64,000 nucleotides of DNA from an uncultured Gemmatimonadales bacterium (GCA_963716255.1 OY970303.1:3776001-3840000), one strand, 5' to 3'; shown: positions 30,497 through 40,156, counted from the first letter of the stretch. Translations and numbers: made by a program. The notes: a model not told the origin generated them from the sequence alone.

Positions 30497-32911
30497 ATGA
30501 CATTCGTCCTGCACGCGCACGACCCCTTCATCGCGGCCATCCTCCAGAGCATCGACGACCACGCCGTCTTCACCGTGGACCACGCGGGGTACGTCACCCG
30601 CTGGAACCCGGTGGCCGAGCGTGTCACGGGGTTCGCCGCGGCCGAGGTTGTGGGGAGGCACGTGGGCGGGCTGGCCGGCGGCGGCGACTCCGGCGAGGAC
30701 GACTACGAGCGGGTGCTGCAGCTGGCCGCGCAGGCCGGGCGGCTGGAGGTGGAGCGCGAGTGGCTGCGCAGGGACGGGAGCACCTTCCGCGCGGCGGGGC
30801 GGATCACCGCCATCCGCGGCGACCGCGGCGACCTGCTGGGCTTCGTCGCCGTGCTCCGCGACACCGCGGACGAGAGCGAGGCCGACGCCGCGTGGCGGGC
30901 CGCTTCCTCCCCCTCGCCGCTGGATTCCTTCTTCGCCCTCCACCCCGACCCTGTCGCCTCGTTCGACGCCGAAGCCCGCTTCGTCCAGGCCAACGCCGCC
31001 TGGGAGCGGCTCGCCGGAACCGGCCCCGGCGAGCTCGCCGGCACCTCCCTGCTGTCGCGGGTGGTGCCCGAGGACCGCCGCCGCCTCCTGGACGCCTTTC
31101 ACCAGGCCTCCCGGGGCGAGACGCAGCGGCTGGAGACCGCGCTGGCGGGCGGCGGCGAGCCCGCCGCGCTCGCCGTCACCTGCTTTCCGCGCCCGGACCG
31201 CAGCGGCGCCGCTGGGGTGTGGGCGGTCGTGCGCGACGCCCGCGGCGAGCGCGCCACGGGCGACGAGCTGCGCCGCGACGAGGCGTTCTTCCGCGGCATG
31301 GTGGAGGGCGCCGAGGGGGCGTTCTTCTACAGCCTGGACGCGGGCGGCCGCTTCGGCTACCTGTCCCCCGGCGTGCGGCAGGTGCTGGGCTACCGCCCCG
31401 AGGAGCTGGCCGGGCTGGCCTTCGCCGACCTGCTGGAGTCCCCCGCGCTTGACGCCCCGGCCGGCGCCCGCCCCCGCAGCGCCACCCTCGCGCTGCGCCA
31501 CCGCGAGGGGCGCCGCGTCCTGGTGGAGGTGGCGGAGGCCCCGCCGGCCGTGAACGGCGAGGGCGCCGCGCTGCACGGCTTCGCGCGCGACGTGACCCGT
31601 GCGCGCGAGCACGAGGAGCAGCTCCAGCGCGGCTCCCTCCAGGACCCCCTCACCGAGCTTCCCAACCGCGCCGTGTTCATGGACCGGCTGGGGCACGCCG
31701 CCCGGCGCGTGGCGCGCCGCCCCGCCGAGCGGCACGGCCTGCTCCTGGTGGACCTGGACCGCTTCGGGCTGATCAACGACGCCATGGGGCGCGAGCTGGG
31801 CGACCTGCTGCTGGTGGAGGTGGCCCGCCGCCTGGGGCGCTGCGTGCGCCCCGGCGACACCCTGTGCCGGCTGCGCGGCGACGAGTTCGGGCTGCTCCTG
31901 GAGGGGCTCGCCGGCCCCGAGGCCGCCATCGGCGTGGCCGAGCGGATCCAGCGCGCCCTTGCCTCCCCCTTCCGCATCCGCTCGCACGAGCTGCGGGTGG
32001 GCGCCAGCATCGGCATCGCGCTGGGCGGCCCGGACGGCGCCGACCCCGACGACCTGCTGCGCGACGCCGCCGTGGCGCTGGGCGAGGCCCGGGCGCGCGG
32101 CGGCAGCGGCCACGAGCTGGCCGGGAGCGAGCTGCGCGCCGGCGTGCGCTCGCGCGCCGAGCGCGAGGAGGAGCTGCGCCGCGCCATCGAGCGCAACGAG
32201 CTGGCTCTGGTGTACCAGCCGGTGGTGTCGCTGCGCACCGGCGACGTCACCGGCTTCGAGGCGCTGGTCCGCTGGCGGCATCCCGAGCGCGGCACGGTAC
32301 ACCCCTCCGAGTTCCTCCCGCTGGCCGAGGACACCGGGCTGATCCTGGCGGTGGACCGCTGGGTCCTGGGCGAGGCGTGCCGCCGGCTGCGCAGCTGGCA
32401 GGACGAGTTCCCCGACCGCGAGTGCCGCATCAGCGTCAACCTTTCGGGCCGCCAGCTCGCCTCCCCCGGCGCCGCCGACCGTATCCGCGGCGCGCTGGAG
32501 GAGTGCTCCGTCGCCCCGCTCTCGCTGCAGGTGGAGGTGCGCGAGCAGTCCCTTTCCGAGGGCGAGGAGCTGTCCGCCGCCGTGCTGCGCCGCATCGACG
32601 AGCTGGGCGTCCGCGTGCAGATCGACGACTTCGGGTCCGGCGACGGCTCGCTCACCCGCCTGCGGCGCATCCCCGCGCACGTCCTCAAGATCGACCCCTC
32701 GCTGCTGGAGGGCGGGGACGACATGGTGCGGGCCGCCGTGGGGATGGCGCACTCGCTGGACATCCGCGTGGTGGCCGAGGGGATCGAGACCACCGAGCAG
32801 CTGGACCGCCTGCGCGCCATGGACTTCGACTTCGGCCAGGGCTACCTCTTCTCCGAGCCGGTGGACGGCGACCTGGCCGGCCTCCTCCTCAGCCGCAGAC
32901 TCCCTCTGTAG
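30497..32911 (+). CDS. PAS-PAS-PAS-GGDEF-EAL protein
   Basis: DPLTELPNR, VDLDRF..IND, RLRGDEF, FEALVRW, DDFGSG, LKID, VAEGIET, GQGYLF. Confidence 0.93.
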   Translation: MTFVLHAHDPFIAAILQSIDDHAVFTVDHAGYVTRWNPVAERVTGFAAAEVVGRHVGGLAGGGDSGEDDYERVLQLAAQAGRLEVEREWLRRDGSTFRAAGRITAIRGDRGDLLGFVAVLRDTADESEADAAWRAASSPSPLDSFFALHPDPVASFDAEARFVQANAAWERLAGTGPGELAGTSLLSRVVPEDRRRLLDAFHQASRGETQRLETALAGGGEPAALAVTCFPRPDRSGAAGVWAVVRDARGERATGDELRRDEAFFRGMVEGAEGAFFYSLDAGGRFGYLSPGVRQVLGYRPEELAGLAFADLLESPALDAPAGARPRSATLALRHREGRRVLVEVAEAPPAVNGEGAALHGFARDVTRAREHEEQLQRGSLQDPLTELPNRAVFMDRLGHAARRVARRPAERHGLLLVDLDRFGLINDAMGRELGDLLLVEVARRLGRCVRPGDTLCRLRGDEFGLLLEGLAGPEAAIGVAERIQRALASPFRIRSHELRVGASIGIALGGPDGADPDDLLRDAAVALGEARARGGSGHELAGSELRAGVRSRAEREEELRRAIERNELALVYQPVVSLRTGDVTGFEALVRWRHPERGTVHPSEFLPLAEDTGLILAVDRWVLGEACRRLRSWQDEFPDRECRISVNLSGRQLASPGAADRIRGALEECSVAPLSLQVEVREQSLSEGEELSAAVLRRIDELGVRVQIDDFGSGDGSLTRLRRIPAHVLKIDPSLLEGGDDMVRAAVGMAHSLDIRVVAEGIETTEQLDRLRAMDFDFGQGYLFSEPVDGDLAGLLLSRRLPL

Positions 32912-32998
32912 GATTCCGGGAACGGACGTGGGCCGCCGCGCTTGCGCGCTTCCGTGCGCCCTCGCAGATTGCTGCCTTCCCCAGAGCCCCGGAACGAA

Positions 32999-33481
32999 AT
33001 GATCAATCCCACACGCCTGCGTCTGCTCAAGCAGGAAGTCGAGTGCATGAGCCGCTTCGCGCTCGGCATCGTCGACGAGCTCGAAGCGTCCATCGGGACT
33101 CCCGCCGAGAGCGATGCGCCCATCCTGGTGCAGGAGATCATCTCCGTCGTGGTGAAGATCTCCTACCTGCTGTGGCGCTTCGGGCGCCGCGTGACCGACA
33201 AGCACGGCCAGGCCGAGGCCGACTACCTGGTCCGGACCCTGGGCCTTTCCGACGCCTCCCCGCTCTCTCCCGCGAACATGTCGCGGCTCACCGAGATGCT
33301 CTCCTCCTCCACGGCCGAGCTGCGCGTGGCGGTGAACGCCGAGCTGATGACGGTGACGGTGCAGGGCGTCATGTACCCGCTGCGGCCCATCGTCGCCTCC
33401 CTGCGCGAGCTGCACACCGAGCTGGTCGAGGACCTGGCCGCGCCCGCCGCCGAGGACGCCGAGTTCTCCACCGACGCCTGA
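32999..33481 (+). CDS. Hypothetical protein (160 aa)
   Basis: Helical, normal composition, GC3 bias. Confidence 0.7.
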   Translation: MINPTRLRLLKQEVECMSRFALGIVDELEASIGTPAESDAPILVQEIISVVVKISYLLWRFGRRVTDKHGQAEADYLVRTLGLSDASPLSPANMSRLTEMLSSSTAELRVAVNAELMTVTVQGVMYPLRPIVASLRELHTELVEDLAAPAAEDAEFSTDA

Positions 33482-33664
33482 GCCGCCGCCGGACCCGGTC
33501 TCCCCGGGTCCGGCGCCCGGGTGTCGGCGCCGTCCCGCACCCGTTGCGCCGGCTCCACTTTCCCGCCGCCTCCCTCGCCCGCCGCCGCTGCCGCATCCGC
33601 GGCTCCGCTCCCGCAAGTCGTTCGTCCACAAGGCTTCTGCGCCGCTCCGCGCGATCCGCCTTGC

Positions 33665-33679
33665 GGGTGCACGTCTTGC
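33665..33679 (+). promoter_or_regulatory. Possible sigma54 promoter
   Basis: GGGTGCACGTCTTGC (GG-N10-GC) upstream of 33751. Confidence 0.4.
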
Positions 33680-33750
33680 CTTTTGCTCCACCGGAGGCAG
33701 GGGCCGCAGCTTCGCGCCCCGCCCCGCCCACACCCGCAACATCCCTCATC

Positions 33751-34254
33751 ATGACCGCGCCACGTGTCCTGATCCGCGATACCGGCCCCGAGGCCGACGT
33801 CCGCAGCGCCCCCGCCCGCCTGGGCGGTGCGTGGGCGCTGCTCGTCCCCACGGGCCTCATTTTCTTGCTGGTGGGCGCGGCCGACCTGGCCCTGGTGTGG
33901 TACCCGCTCGGGTTCGGCTCCGCCGAGTGGGAGTTCGGGTCGGTGACCTCCATGCTGAACGGGCTCCCGGTGCTGGTCATGGGGCTCGTGTTCCTCGCCA
34001 TGGCCGCCGTGGCGTCCGGGCGCCGCTGGGCCGGGCGCGGGATCGCGACCGTGCTCGTGCTGCTCGCCGTGACGGTGGTGCTCATGGCGGCGCTGTACGC
34101 CACCACGGTCCCCATCGCGCTCAAGGCGGTGCCGAACCCCACGGTCGCGCTGGGCCTCAAGAAGGCCATCGCGAAGACCACCATCCAGGCCGCCGTGTAC
34201 CCGGTGCTGCTCATCTGGCTGGCGATTTCCGCGTGGCGGCGCTCGGGGCAATAA
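33751..34254 (+). CDS. 4-TM membrane protein
   Basis: Four hydrophobic helices, WYPLGFGSAEWEFG loop. Confidence 0.8.
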   Translation: MTAPRVLIRDTGPEADVRSAPARLGGAWALLVPTGLIFLLVGAADLALVWYPLGFGSAEWEFGSVTSMLNGLPVLVMGLVFLAMAAVASGRRWAGRGIATVLVLLAVTVVLMAALYATTVPIALKAVPNPTVALGLKKAIAKTTIQAAVYPVLLIWLAISAWRRSGQ

Positions 34255-34270
34255 ACGGCACGGCATTACT

Positions 34271-34407
34271 GCGGGTTTGGGCGTGACCCCGGCTGGCGCC
34301 GGGGTCGGGCTTCGGCTCCGTAGCAAACGATACTACCGTTTGCAACGGAGTCGAGCCCCGCGAAACTGCCCGCGGGTCTCGCCCCTTCGGGCCGAAATCC
34401 CTCACGC
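34271..34407 (-). repeat. Structured intergenic repeat, copy 7
   Basis: Reverse complement aligns with copies 1, 2 and 6. Confidence 0.85.
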
Positions 34408-34440
34408 AAGTGCCTTCCCCACCTTGATATCCAGCAGTAG

Positions 34441-34520
34441 CCCCCTCTCGCGGAATTGGGAGAGGGTGGCGGCTCCAAGGCCGCCGGGTGAGGGCCATCC
34501 GGGCGCGAATCCCTCACGCG
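34441..34520. repeat. REP-like palindrome plus partial structured-repeat end
   Basis: ccccctctcgcggaattgggagagggtggcggc..gccgccgggtgagggcc..atccctcacgcg. Confidence 0.6.
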
Positions 34521-34595
34521 CACCGCCAAAAACGACGGGGCCCCGGCGGACGCCGCGGGCCCCGTCGCGTGTCCGGGGGATCGCTTGCCCGCGGT

Positions 34596-35243
34596 CTAGG
34601 GCAGGGGGGCGGACCGCTCGGCCGTCCAGTCGTGCAGCGGCTGCATGCGCCGCTTCGCGTCGCGCAGGAAAGCTTCCCACGGGAGCGGGGCGTGCATGGC
34701 CAGGGTGAAGGTGAGGTGGGGAGACACCGGGCCCTCCACGCGGCGGCGGCTGGATTCGAGGGTCACCTGCTGCGTCGCCCGGCCCAGGTGGTCCCGCGTC
34801 TCGTCCAGGCACGCCAGCGCGCCGTCGAGCGCGCGGCGCCAGGCCTCCTCCCCCAGCCGGCCGAGCGGGATCGGCGTGGGACGGATCTGGGCCTCCATGA
34901 TGCGCGGCCGGGCCGTCGCCTGCCAGAAGTCGCGCGCCCAGAGCACCTCGATCCGCTCGGCGTCGTCCGTGCGCCGCGCGAGGCCGGGGAGCGTGGGGTC
35001 CTCCAGCTCGCGCCGGATCAGGCGCGCAACCGGCCAGCCGTCGTACTTCATCCCCTCCAGGTTCACCCCCACCCACTTCCTCCCGCCCTGCGGGTCGACC
35101 CCGGCGCTCCACTGGACCCCCTCGCTGCCGTCGCTCAGGCCGCCCGTGCGGATGGACGGGCTGCCGAACGGGAAGCCCTCGCCGAACACCGTCCGGAAGG
35201 CGCGGTGCAGTTCCTCGCCCTCGCTGCCGAGCCATTCGAGCAT
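34596..35243 (-). CDS. Hypothetical protein (215 aa)
   Basis: AGGACGG RBS; GGLSDGSEGVQWS..GVNLEGMKYDGWP. Confidence 0.7.
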   Translation of the reverse strand: MLEWLGSEGEELHRAFRTVFGEGFPFGSPSIRTGGLSDGSEGVQWSAGVDPQGGRKWVGVNLEGMKYDGWPVARLIRRELEDPTLPGLARRTDDAERIEVLWARDFWQATARPRIMEAQIRPTPIPLGRLGEEAWRRALDGALACLDETRDHLGRATQQVTLESSRRRVEGPVSPHLTFTLAMHAPLPWEAFLRDAKRRMQPLHDWTAERSAPLP

Positions 35244-35270
35244 GCTTTCCGTCCTGTGAAGCGGGTTAAA

Positions 35271-35410
35271 CGGCGGGGTTCGGGCGTGCCCCCGGCTGCG
35301 CCGGGGTCGGGCTGCGGCTCCGTAAAGCACGATACAACCGTGCTTAACGGAGGCGAGCCCCGCCAAACTGCCGGCGGGTCTCGCCGCTTCGCGCTCGCAT
35401 CCCTCACGCG
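35271..35410 (-). repeat. Structured intergenic repeat, copy 8
   Basis: Near identical to copy 3. Confidence 0.85.
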
Positions 35411-35436
35411 GGTATCGCGCTGGCGTCCGTGGGGGC

Positions 35437-35616
35437 CCCCTCCCCCCGGCCCCCTCCCCCGCAAGCGGGAGAGGGGGAGCACGGCACGACGAGCCCGAGG
35501 GTCAGGGTGGCGGCTCTCAGGCCGCCGGGTGGGGGCCCGCGGGCCAGCTCGGCGTCTACGCATGGCACCGCCGTTTCCCTCTCTCCCAGGATGCCGAGCG
35601 AGCCGGGTGAGGGCCC
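35437..35616. repeat. Cluster of REP-like palindrome fragments
   Basis: cccctccccccggccccctcccccgcaagcgggagagggggag; agggtggcggctctcaggccgccgggtgggggccc; ccctctctccc..gagccgggtgagggccc. Confidence 0.6.
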
Positions 35617-35692
35617 GGCGCCGCAGGTTCGAAGCCAGCGGGGCGGCCGGGAAACGCTCCCGGCCGCCCCGCTGCACGCCGACAGCCACCCG

Positions 35693-36955
35693 TTACGGCG
35701 TCACGATAGGCAGCACGACCACTTCCGGGGAGGGCGCCGAGCACACCTTGTTGTTGCACGCCCGTACCTGGTACCCGTAGGCCGTGTTCGACGCGACGGA
35801 GATATCCACGTACTCCCTCACCCCCGCGCCCACCCTTGCGATCTCCACGGGCGAGCTGACGCTGCCGCCGCGCCGCTCGATCCGGAATTCGGTCTCGTTG
35901 GCGCTGTTGTCCGCCCACGTCACCCGCACCCCGCCGGGAACGCGCACCGCCGCGGTCGCCGAGGGAGCCGCCGGGCGGAAGGGCGAGTCCTCGCCCACCA
36001 CCTCCAGGCTGGCGTTGGGGCGCAGCCACCAGCTGCCGTCGCGCGTCCCCGGGACCAGCACCCCCGTGGCGTGCACCACCAGCCCCGGGATAAAGCGGTT
36101 GACCGCGAAGGCGACGCCGCTGCCGATGGGCACGTCCACCGGTCCCGAGCCGTCGTCCAGGCGCACGAAGGAGCGCCCGTCCGCGTTCACCGTGTCCACC
36201 AGCGTGGCGTTCCTCACCTGCACCTGCACCGCGTCCAGCGTCCCGCCCCCGCCGGCCGACGCGGCCGTGGTGGAGAGCACCGAGGGCGCGGGGAGGCTGA
36301 TGATGGAGGTGAGCACGAAGAGCGTCGCGTTGTCCAGGATCGGCTGGCCGCGGAAGCGGCCCGTGGTCCCCAGCACGCGCACGCTGTCGCCCGGCAGGCT
36401 CCCCAGGTCGATGCTGGTGGGCGACTGCAGGCGCGTCGCGCGGATGCCGCGCCCGCCGCTGGTCAGGTGGGCCGTGTCGCCGTAGGCGGCCACCACCAGC
36501 CCCTCCACGAACACCCGGCGCCCCGCCGGGAGGGCGCGCGCCTCCGTTACCGTCACCCGGGGAAAGCTCACCGGCACCACCGCCGCCACCGTGGAGTCCG
36601 GGACCACGGTGACCTCCCCCAGCGGCGCCGCCTGCAGGCTGTCGCCCAGGCGCGCAGGGTCCAGGGTGACCCGGTAGCGCCCCACCGGCACGTCGCGGAT
36701 GGTGTAGAGCCCCGAGGTGTCGGTGGTGGCCCGCGCCACCACCGCGCCGGAGCCGGGCGACACCAGCCGCACCTCCACGCTGCGGAAGGGCTGGTCCGTG
36801 GGCGAGTCGGGGATCCCGTTGCCGTTCAGGTCGCGGTACACCCCTCCGGCGACCGAGCCCGTCGCGTCCACCTCCAGGACGCTTCCGCCGGAGTCGCACC
36901 CGGCCGCGAGCGCCGCGGCGCCCAGGAGGAGCGCGTAGAGCGAGAGATTGCGCAT
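35693..36955 (-). CDS. Lipoprotein with SdrD-B/carboxypeptidase-regulatory-like, OB-fold-like and FN3 domains
   Basis: Lipobox LAAGC; VYRDLNGNG..TTDTSGLY; VTWADNSANETEFRIER..YGYQVRACN. Confidence 0.8.
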   Translation of the reverse strand: MRNLSLYALLLGAAALAAGCDSGGSVLEVDATGSVAGGVYRDLNGNGIPDSPTDQPFRSVEVRLVSPGSGAVVARATTDTSGLYTIRDVPVGRYRVTLDPARLGDSLQAAPLGEVTVVPDSTVAAVVPVSFPRVTVTEARALPAGRRVFVEGLVVAAYGDTAHLTSGGRGIRATRLQSPTSIDLGSLPGDSVRVLGTTGRFRGQPILDNATLFVLTSIISLPAPSVLSTTAASAGGGGTLDAVQVQVRNATLVDTVNADGRSFVRLDDGSGPVDVPIGSGVAFAVNRFIPGLVVHATGVLVPGTRDGSWWLRPNASLEVVGEDSPFRPAAPSATAAVRVPGGVRVTWADNSANETEFRIERRGGSVSSPVEIARVGAGVREYVDISVASNTAYGYQVRACNNKVCSAPSPEVVVLPIVTP

Positions 36956-36956
36956 G

Positions 36957-39944
36957 TCAGTAGCTCACCTGGAAACCGATGCGGAGGGTGCGGCCGGTCG
37001 CGAAGCGGGCGATCGGGTCGCCGAAGTTGGGATTGGCCGACAGCGGCACCGTCACCTGCCCGTTCGCCGTCCCCAGCGCCCCCGCCGGGTCCACCAGGTA
37101 CAGGGCGCGGTCCACCTCCCCCTCGTCCGAGGAAAGCAGGTTCAGCCCGTCCACCACCAGGCTCGCCGAGCGGCGGCCGCCGCGCAGCAGGTCCAGGGAA
37201 ATGCGCGCGTCCAGCGCGTGCACCCCCGGCTCGCGGCAGGCGTTGCGCTCCGCGAAGCCGCCCACCTGGCTGCCCAGGCATGCCCACCCGTCCTGCGCCT
37301 CCGCGAAGCCGGGCACGTCGTCGTCCACGAAGGCCGGGTCGTTGCGCGCCGAGCCGTCGCCGTTGGCGTCCACCCCCGGGCGGAATCCCGGGGTGAAGGG
37401 GTAGCCCGAGCGGAAGCGGTACAGCGCCGCCAGGCGCGGCGCGATCCGCCCGCCCAGGCTCAGCTCCGCCCCCAGCACCGCGCGGTGGGGCACGTCGAAG
37501 TCCGAGCGCCCGTCCGTCCAGTCGTCGTCGTCGTCCGCGCCCGGGAAGGGCGGGAGCTGCGCGTCCGCCCAGCCGCTGCGCGCGCCCACCCAGTTGTCCT
37601 GCGTGTCCGAGAAGGTGTAGCTCCCGAAGGCCGCCAGCCCCGTGGCCGGGCGGTGCTCGAAGGCCACCGTCGCCGCCCGGTACTCCGACCACCCGTCGTT
37701 GTTGAGCGCCCACACCCGGTCGAAGCCGCCGAAGCGGCGGTTGGAGCCCGGCTGCGCGTAGAGCAGCGCCCCCTGCTTGGCCAGCGTCCCGAAGACCGGG
37801 CGTCCGCCGGCGCCGGTCGCCGCCGGGGTGGTCGCCAGGTTGAGGTCGGTGCGGCGGGGGAGGAAGTCCGTGCGCCGGTACGCCGCCGACAGGTGCAGCG
37901 TCCCCGCCGTGCCCAGGGCGCGGCTGATGCCCAGGCTGCCGCGCGCGCTGCGCGGCGCCTGGTAGTCCGGGGCCAGCAGCGACAGCGTGGGCCCCGTCTC
38001 CGTCCCCACGCTCTGCGGGAAGCCCGGCCAGCCGGCCAGCGAGCCGGCGCCGCGGCGCACCCGCAGCGCGCCGTCGTTGGCCAGCACCTCGCCGATCACC
38101 GCCGGGTCCGCCGCGTCGAAGTAGATCCCCGCCGCGCCCCGCACCACCCAGCGGTGCTGCTCCCCCTGGTCCCACTGGAAGCCGGCGCGCGGCCCCAGCA
38201 TCACCTTGCCCTTGCCGACGGCGGAATTGTCCAGTCCGGTCAGCTCCTCCCACTCCTCGTTGAGGCTCGCCTCGCCGTCCGGGAGCACGTCGAAGTCGGC
38301 GCGGAGCCCCAGGAGGATCTCCAGCCCCGGCGCCGTGGTCCAGGTGTCCTGCAGGTACGCCGAGAAACGGGGGAGGGTGAAGCCGGCCGTGGGGAGCGTC
38401 CCCGCCGGCTGCACGAACAGTCCCTGCCCGCCGGCGAAGGCGTCCAGCGTGGAAAAGAAGAACTCGCCCGTCCCGTCCGGGACGTAGCTCCCCTCGTAGC
38501 GGGCCGCGCTCACCGCGGCGCCGCCCTTGATGCGGTGGACGCCCGCCCGGTACTGGAGCGTTTCGGAGGCGTGGAAGGTTGTGCGCGAGAAGTCGCCCGC
38601 GTAGCCGCCGGTGCCCAGCAGCAGCCCGGCCGCGGCGATGGAGGTGGCGGGGAGCCCCCCGGCCGCCTCGCCCGAGCGGTCGCGGCGGCTCACGTCCACC
38701 CCCACGCGGGCCTCCTGGGCCAGCGTGGGAGAGAGCTGGGAGGCCAGCGTCGCCGCGCCCGACAGGTCCATCCCCTCCGACCCGCCTCCCGCGCGGTCCA
38801 GCCAGGCCCCCGCGCCGTCGTCCGGCGCGCTCACCGCGGCCAGGTTGCCGCGCACCGTGAGCGAGGTCGCGTCGGAGAACTGCCAGTCCAGCCGCCCGAA
38901 GCCGGAAAGCACTTCGGTGGTCAGCAGCCGCCCGTCGGCGCCGCCCAGCGCCACCCCGTACGCGTCCTCCGCGAGCCGCGCCGCGCTGTCCGAGGCCGCG
39001 GCGAAGGCCAGCCCGTACTGCAGCGGCGTCTCGAAGCGGCGCGCCTCCACCCCCAGCACGAAGCTGGCGGTGTCGCGGACGATGGGGCCGCTGAGCAGCA
39101 CCCCGCCCTGCATGGAGCCGTGCGACACCGCATCGCCGGCGAACGGGTCCGAGCCCTCCAGCGAGCCCGCGCCCCAGCTGCCGAAGCCCGCGACGCGGAA
39201 GTCGCGGGTGCCGCGCCGCGTGTAGCCGCTCAGCGCCCCGCCCCCGAAGCCGCTCCACTCCACGTCCGGCGAGCCGGTGACCAGCTCCGCCTGGTCCAGC
39301 ACCTGGAGGGGGAAGGGCACCCTCCCCGCCGGGTCCGCCGCGGCTCCCGGGCGGCGCGCCGCGTCGAAGGGAACGCCGTCGATCACCACGCCGGTCATGC
39401 GGGCGGGGAGCCCCTCCACCTCCAGCCCCGGGCCCGCCATGCTGGAGAGCCGCGCCAGCTCGTCGATGGCGAAGCGCTCCGAGGGGAGCCCCGTCACCTC
39501 CAGCGGCGTGAACCACTGCGCCAGCCCGGCCCGCGAGCCCGCCAGCACCCCGGAACTCCAGGAAGCGGAGTCCACCCGCTCCGCCGTGGGCGCGGAGGGG
39601 TTGAGGACGACGCGCAGCTCCACGTTCTGGCCGGGCCGCAGCGTCACCCCGCTCAGCCGGCGCGGCGCGTACCCGATGCGCTCCACCAGCAGGTCGTAGC
39701 TGCCGGAGGGGAGGAAGCCGGCGGCGAAGCGCCCGCCGGCGGAGATCGCCAGGGCGCGGGTGGAGCCGCCGGAGGCGTCGGTCAGGAGAATGCTGGCATC
39801 GTTCAGCAGGCTACCATCGGCGCTCCGGACGGTCCCCTCCAGCGTGCCGCTGGTCACGCTCTGCCCGGCCAGCGGCGGGGCGGCGAGGGCGAGCAGCACG
39901 GCGAGGCAGACGTTCCATGCGGAGCGACGGCGCGGACGGTTCAT
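36957..39944 (-). CDS. TonB-dependent receptor (Oar-like)
   Basis: Signal peptide, N-terminal carboxypeptidase-regulatory-like domain, SGPIVRD, AYLQDTW..GLRAD, PRAGFQWD, C-terminal LRIGFQVSY. Confidence 0.88.
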   Translation of the reverse strand: MNRPRRRSAWNVCLAVLLALAAPPLAGQSVTSGTLEGTVRSADGSLLNDASILLTDASGGSTRALAISAGGRFAAGFLPSGSYDLLVERIGYAPRRLSGVTLRPGQNVELRVVLNPSAPTAERVDSASWSSGVLAGSRAGLAQWFTPLEVTGLPSERFAIDELARLSSMAGPGLEVEGLPARMTGVVIDGVPFDAARRPGAAADPAGRVPFPLQVLDQAELVTGSPDVEWSGFGGGALSGYTRRGTRDFRVAGFGSWGAGSLEGSDPFAGDAVSHGSMQGGVLLSGPIVRDTASFVLGVEARRFETPLQYGLAFAAASDSAARLAEDAYGVALGGADGRLLTTEVLSGFGRLDWQFSDATSLTVRGNLAAVSAPDDGAGAWLDRAGGGSEGMDLSGAATLASQLSPTLAQEARVGVDVSRRDRSGEAAGGLPATSIAAAGLLLGTGGYAGDFSRTTFHASETLQYRAGVHRIKGGAAVSAARYEGSYVPDGTGEFFFSTLDAFAGGQGLFVQPAGTLPTAGFTLPRFSAYLQDTWTTAPGLEILLGLRADFDVLPDGEASLNEEWEELTGLDNSAVGKGKVMLGPRAGFQWDQGEQHRWVVRGAAGIYFDAADPAVIGEVLANDGALRVRRGAGSLAGWPGFPQSVGTETGPTLSLLAPDYQAPRSARGSLGISRALGTAGTLHLSAAYRRTDFLPRRTDLNLATTPAATGAGGRPVFGTLAKQGALLYAQPGSNRRFGGFDRVWALNNDGWSEYRAATVAFEHRPATGLAAFGSYTFSDTQDNWVGARSGWADAQLPPFPGADDDDDWTDGRSDFDVPHRAVLGAELSLGGRIAPRLAALYRFRSGYPFTPGFRPGVDANGDGSARNDPAFVDDDVPGFAEAQDGWACLGSQVGGFAERNACREPGVHALDARISLDLLRGGRRSASLVVDGLNLLSSDEGEVDRALYLVDPAGALGTANGQVTVPLSANPNFGDPIARFATGRTLRIGFQVSY

Positions 39945-40018
39945 GGCGATCCGGTGAGTCGGGACAGTGAGGCGAGCCGATGCGGAAGGTGCACGGGGTC
40001 GTCCGGGGGTGCGGGAAA

Positions 40019-40033
40019 GCACGCCGCATGCCG
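40019..40033 (-). promoter_or_regulatory. sigma54 promoter of the TonB receptor operon
   Basis: Minus strand CGGCATGCGGCGTGCT. Confidence 0.5.
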
Positions 40034-40140
40034 GGCGCGCTCCCCCTCCCGCGGCGCCGCCGGCCGGGAAAAGGCCAGCGGGCGCGCGGCTCGCGCCGCA
40101 AAGGCCGACCGGCGCGTCCCCCGCGCTCCATGCAGGACCG

Positions 40141-40156
40141 CAACACCTGTTGGATC
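40141..40156 (-). promoter_or_regulatory. Palindromic enhancer-like motif GATCCAACAGGTGTTG
   Basis: Identical 16-mer at 44192..44207; variant at 56446. Confidence 0.55.

Noticed and set aside
31640..32110. GGDEF domain as a Hypr-type cGAMP synthase for the riboswitches
   Set aside because: The specificity position keeps Asp (INDAMGRELGD) rather than Ser, and the A-site is RGDEF
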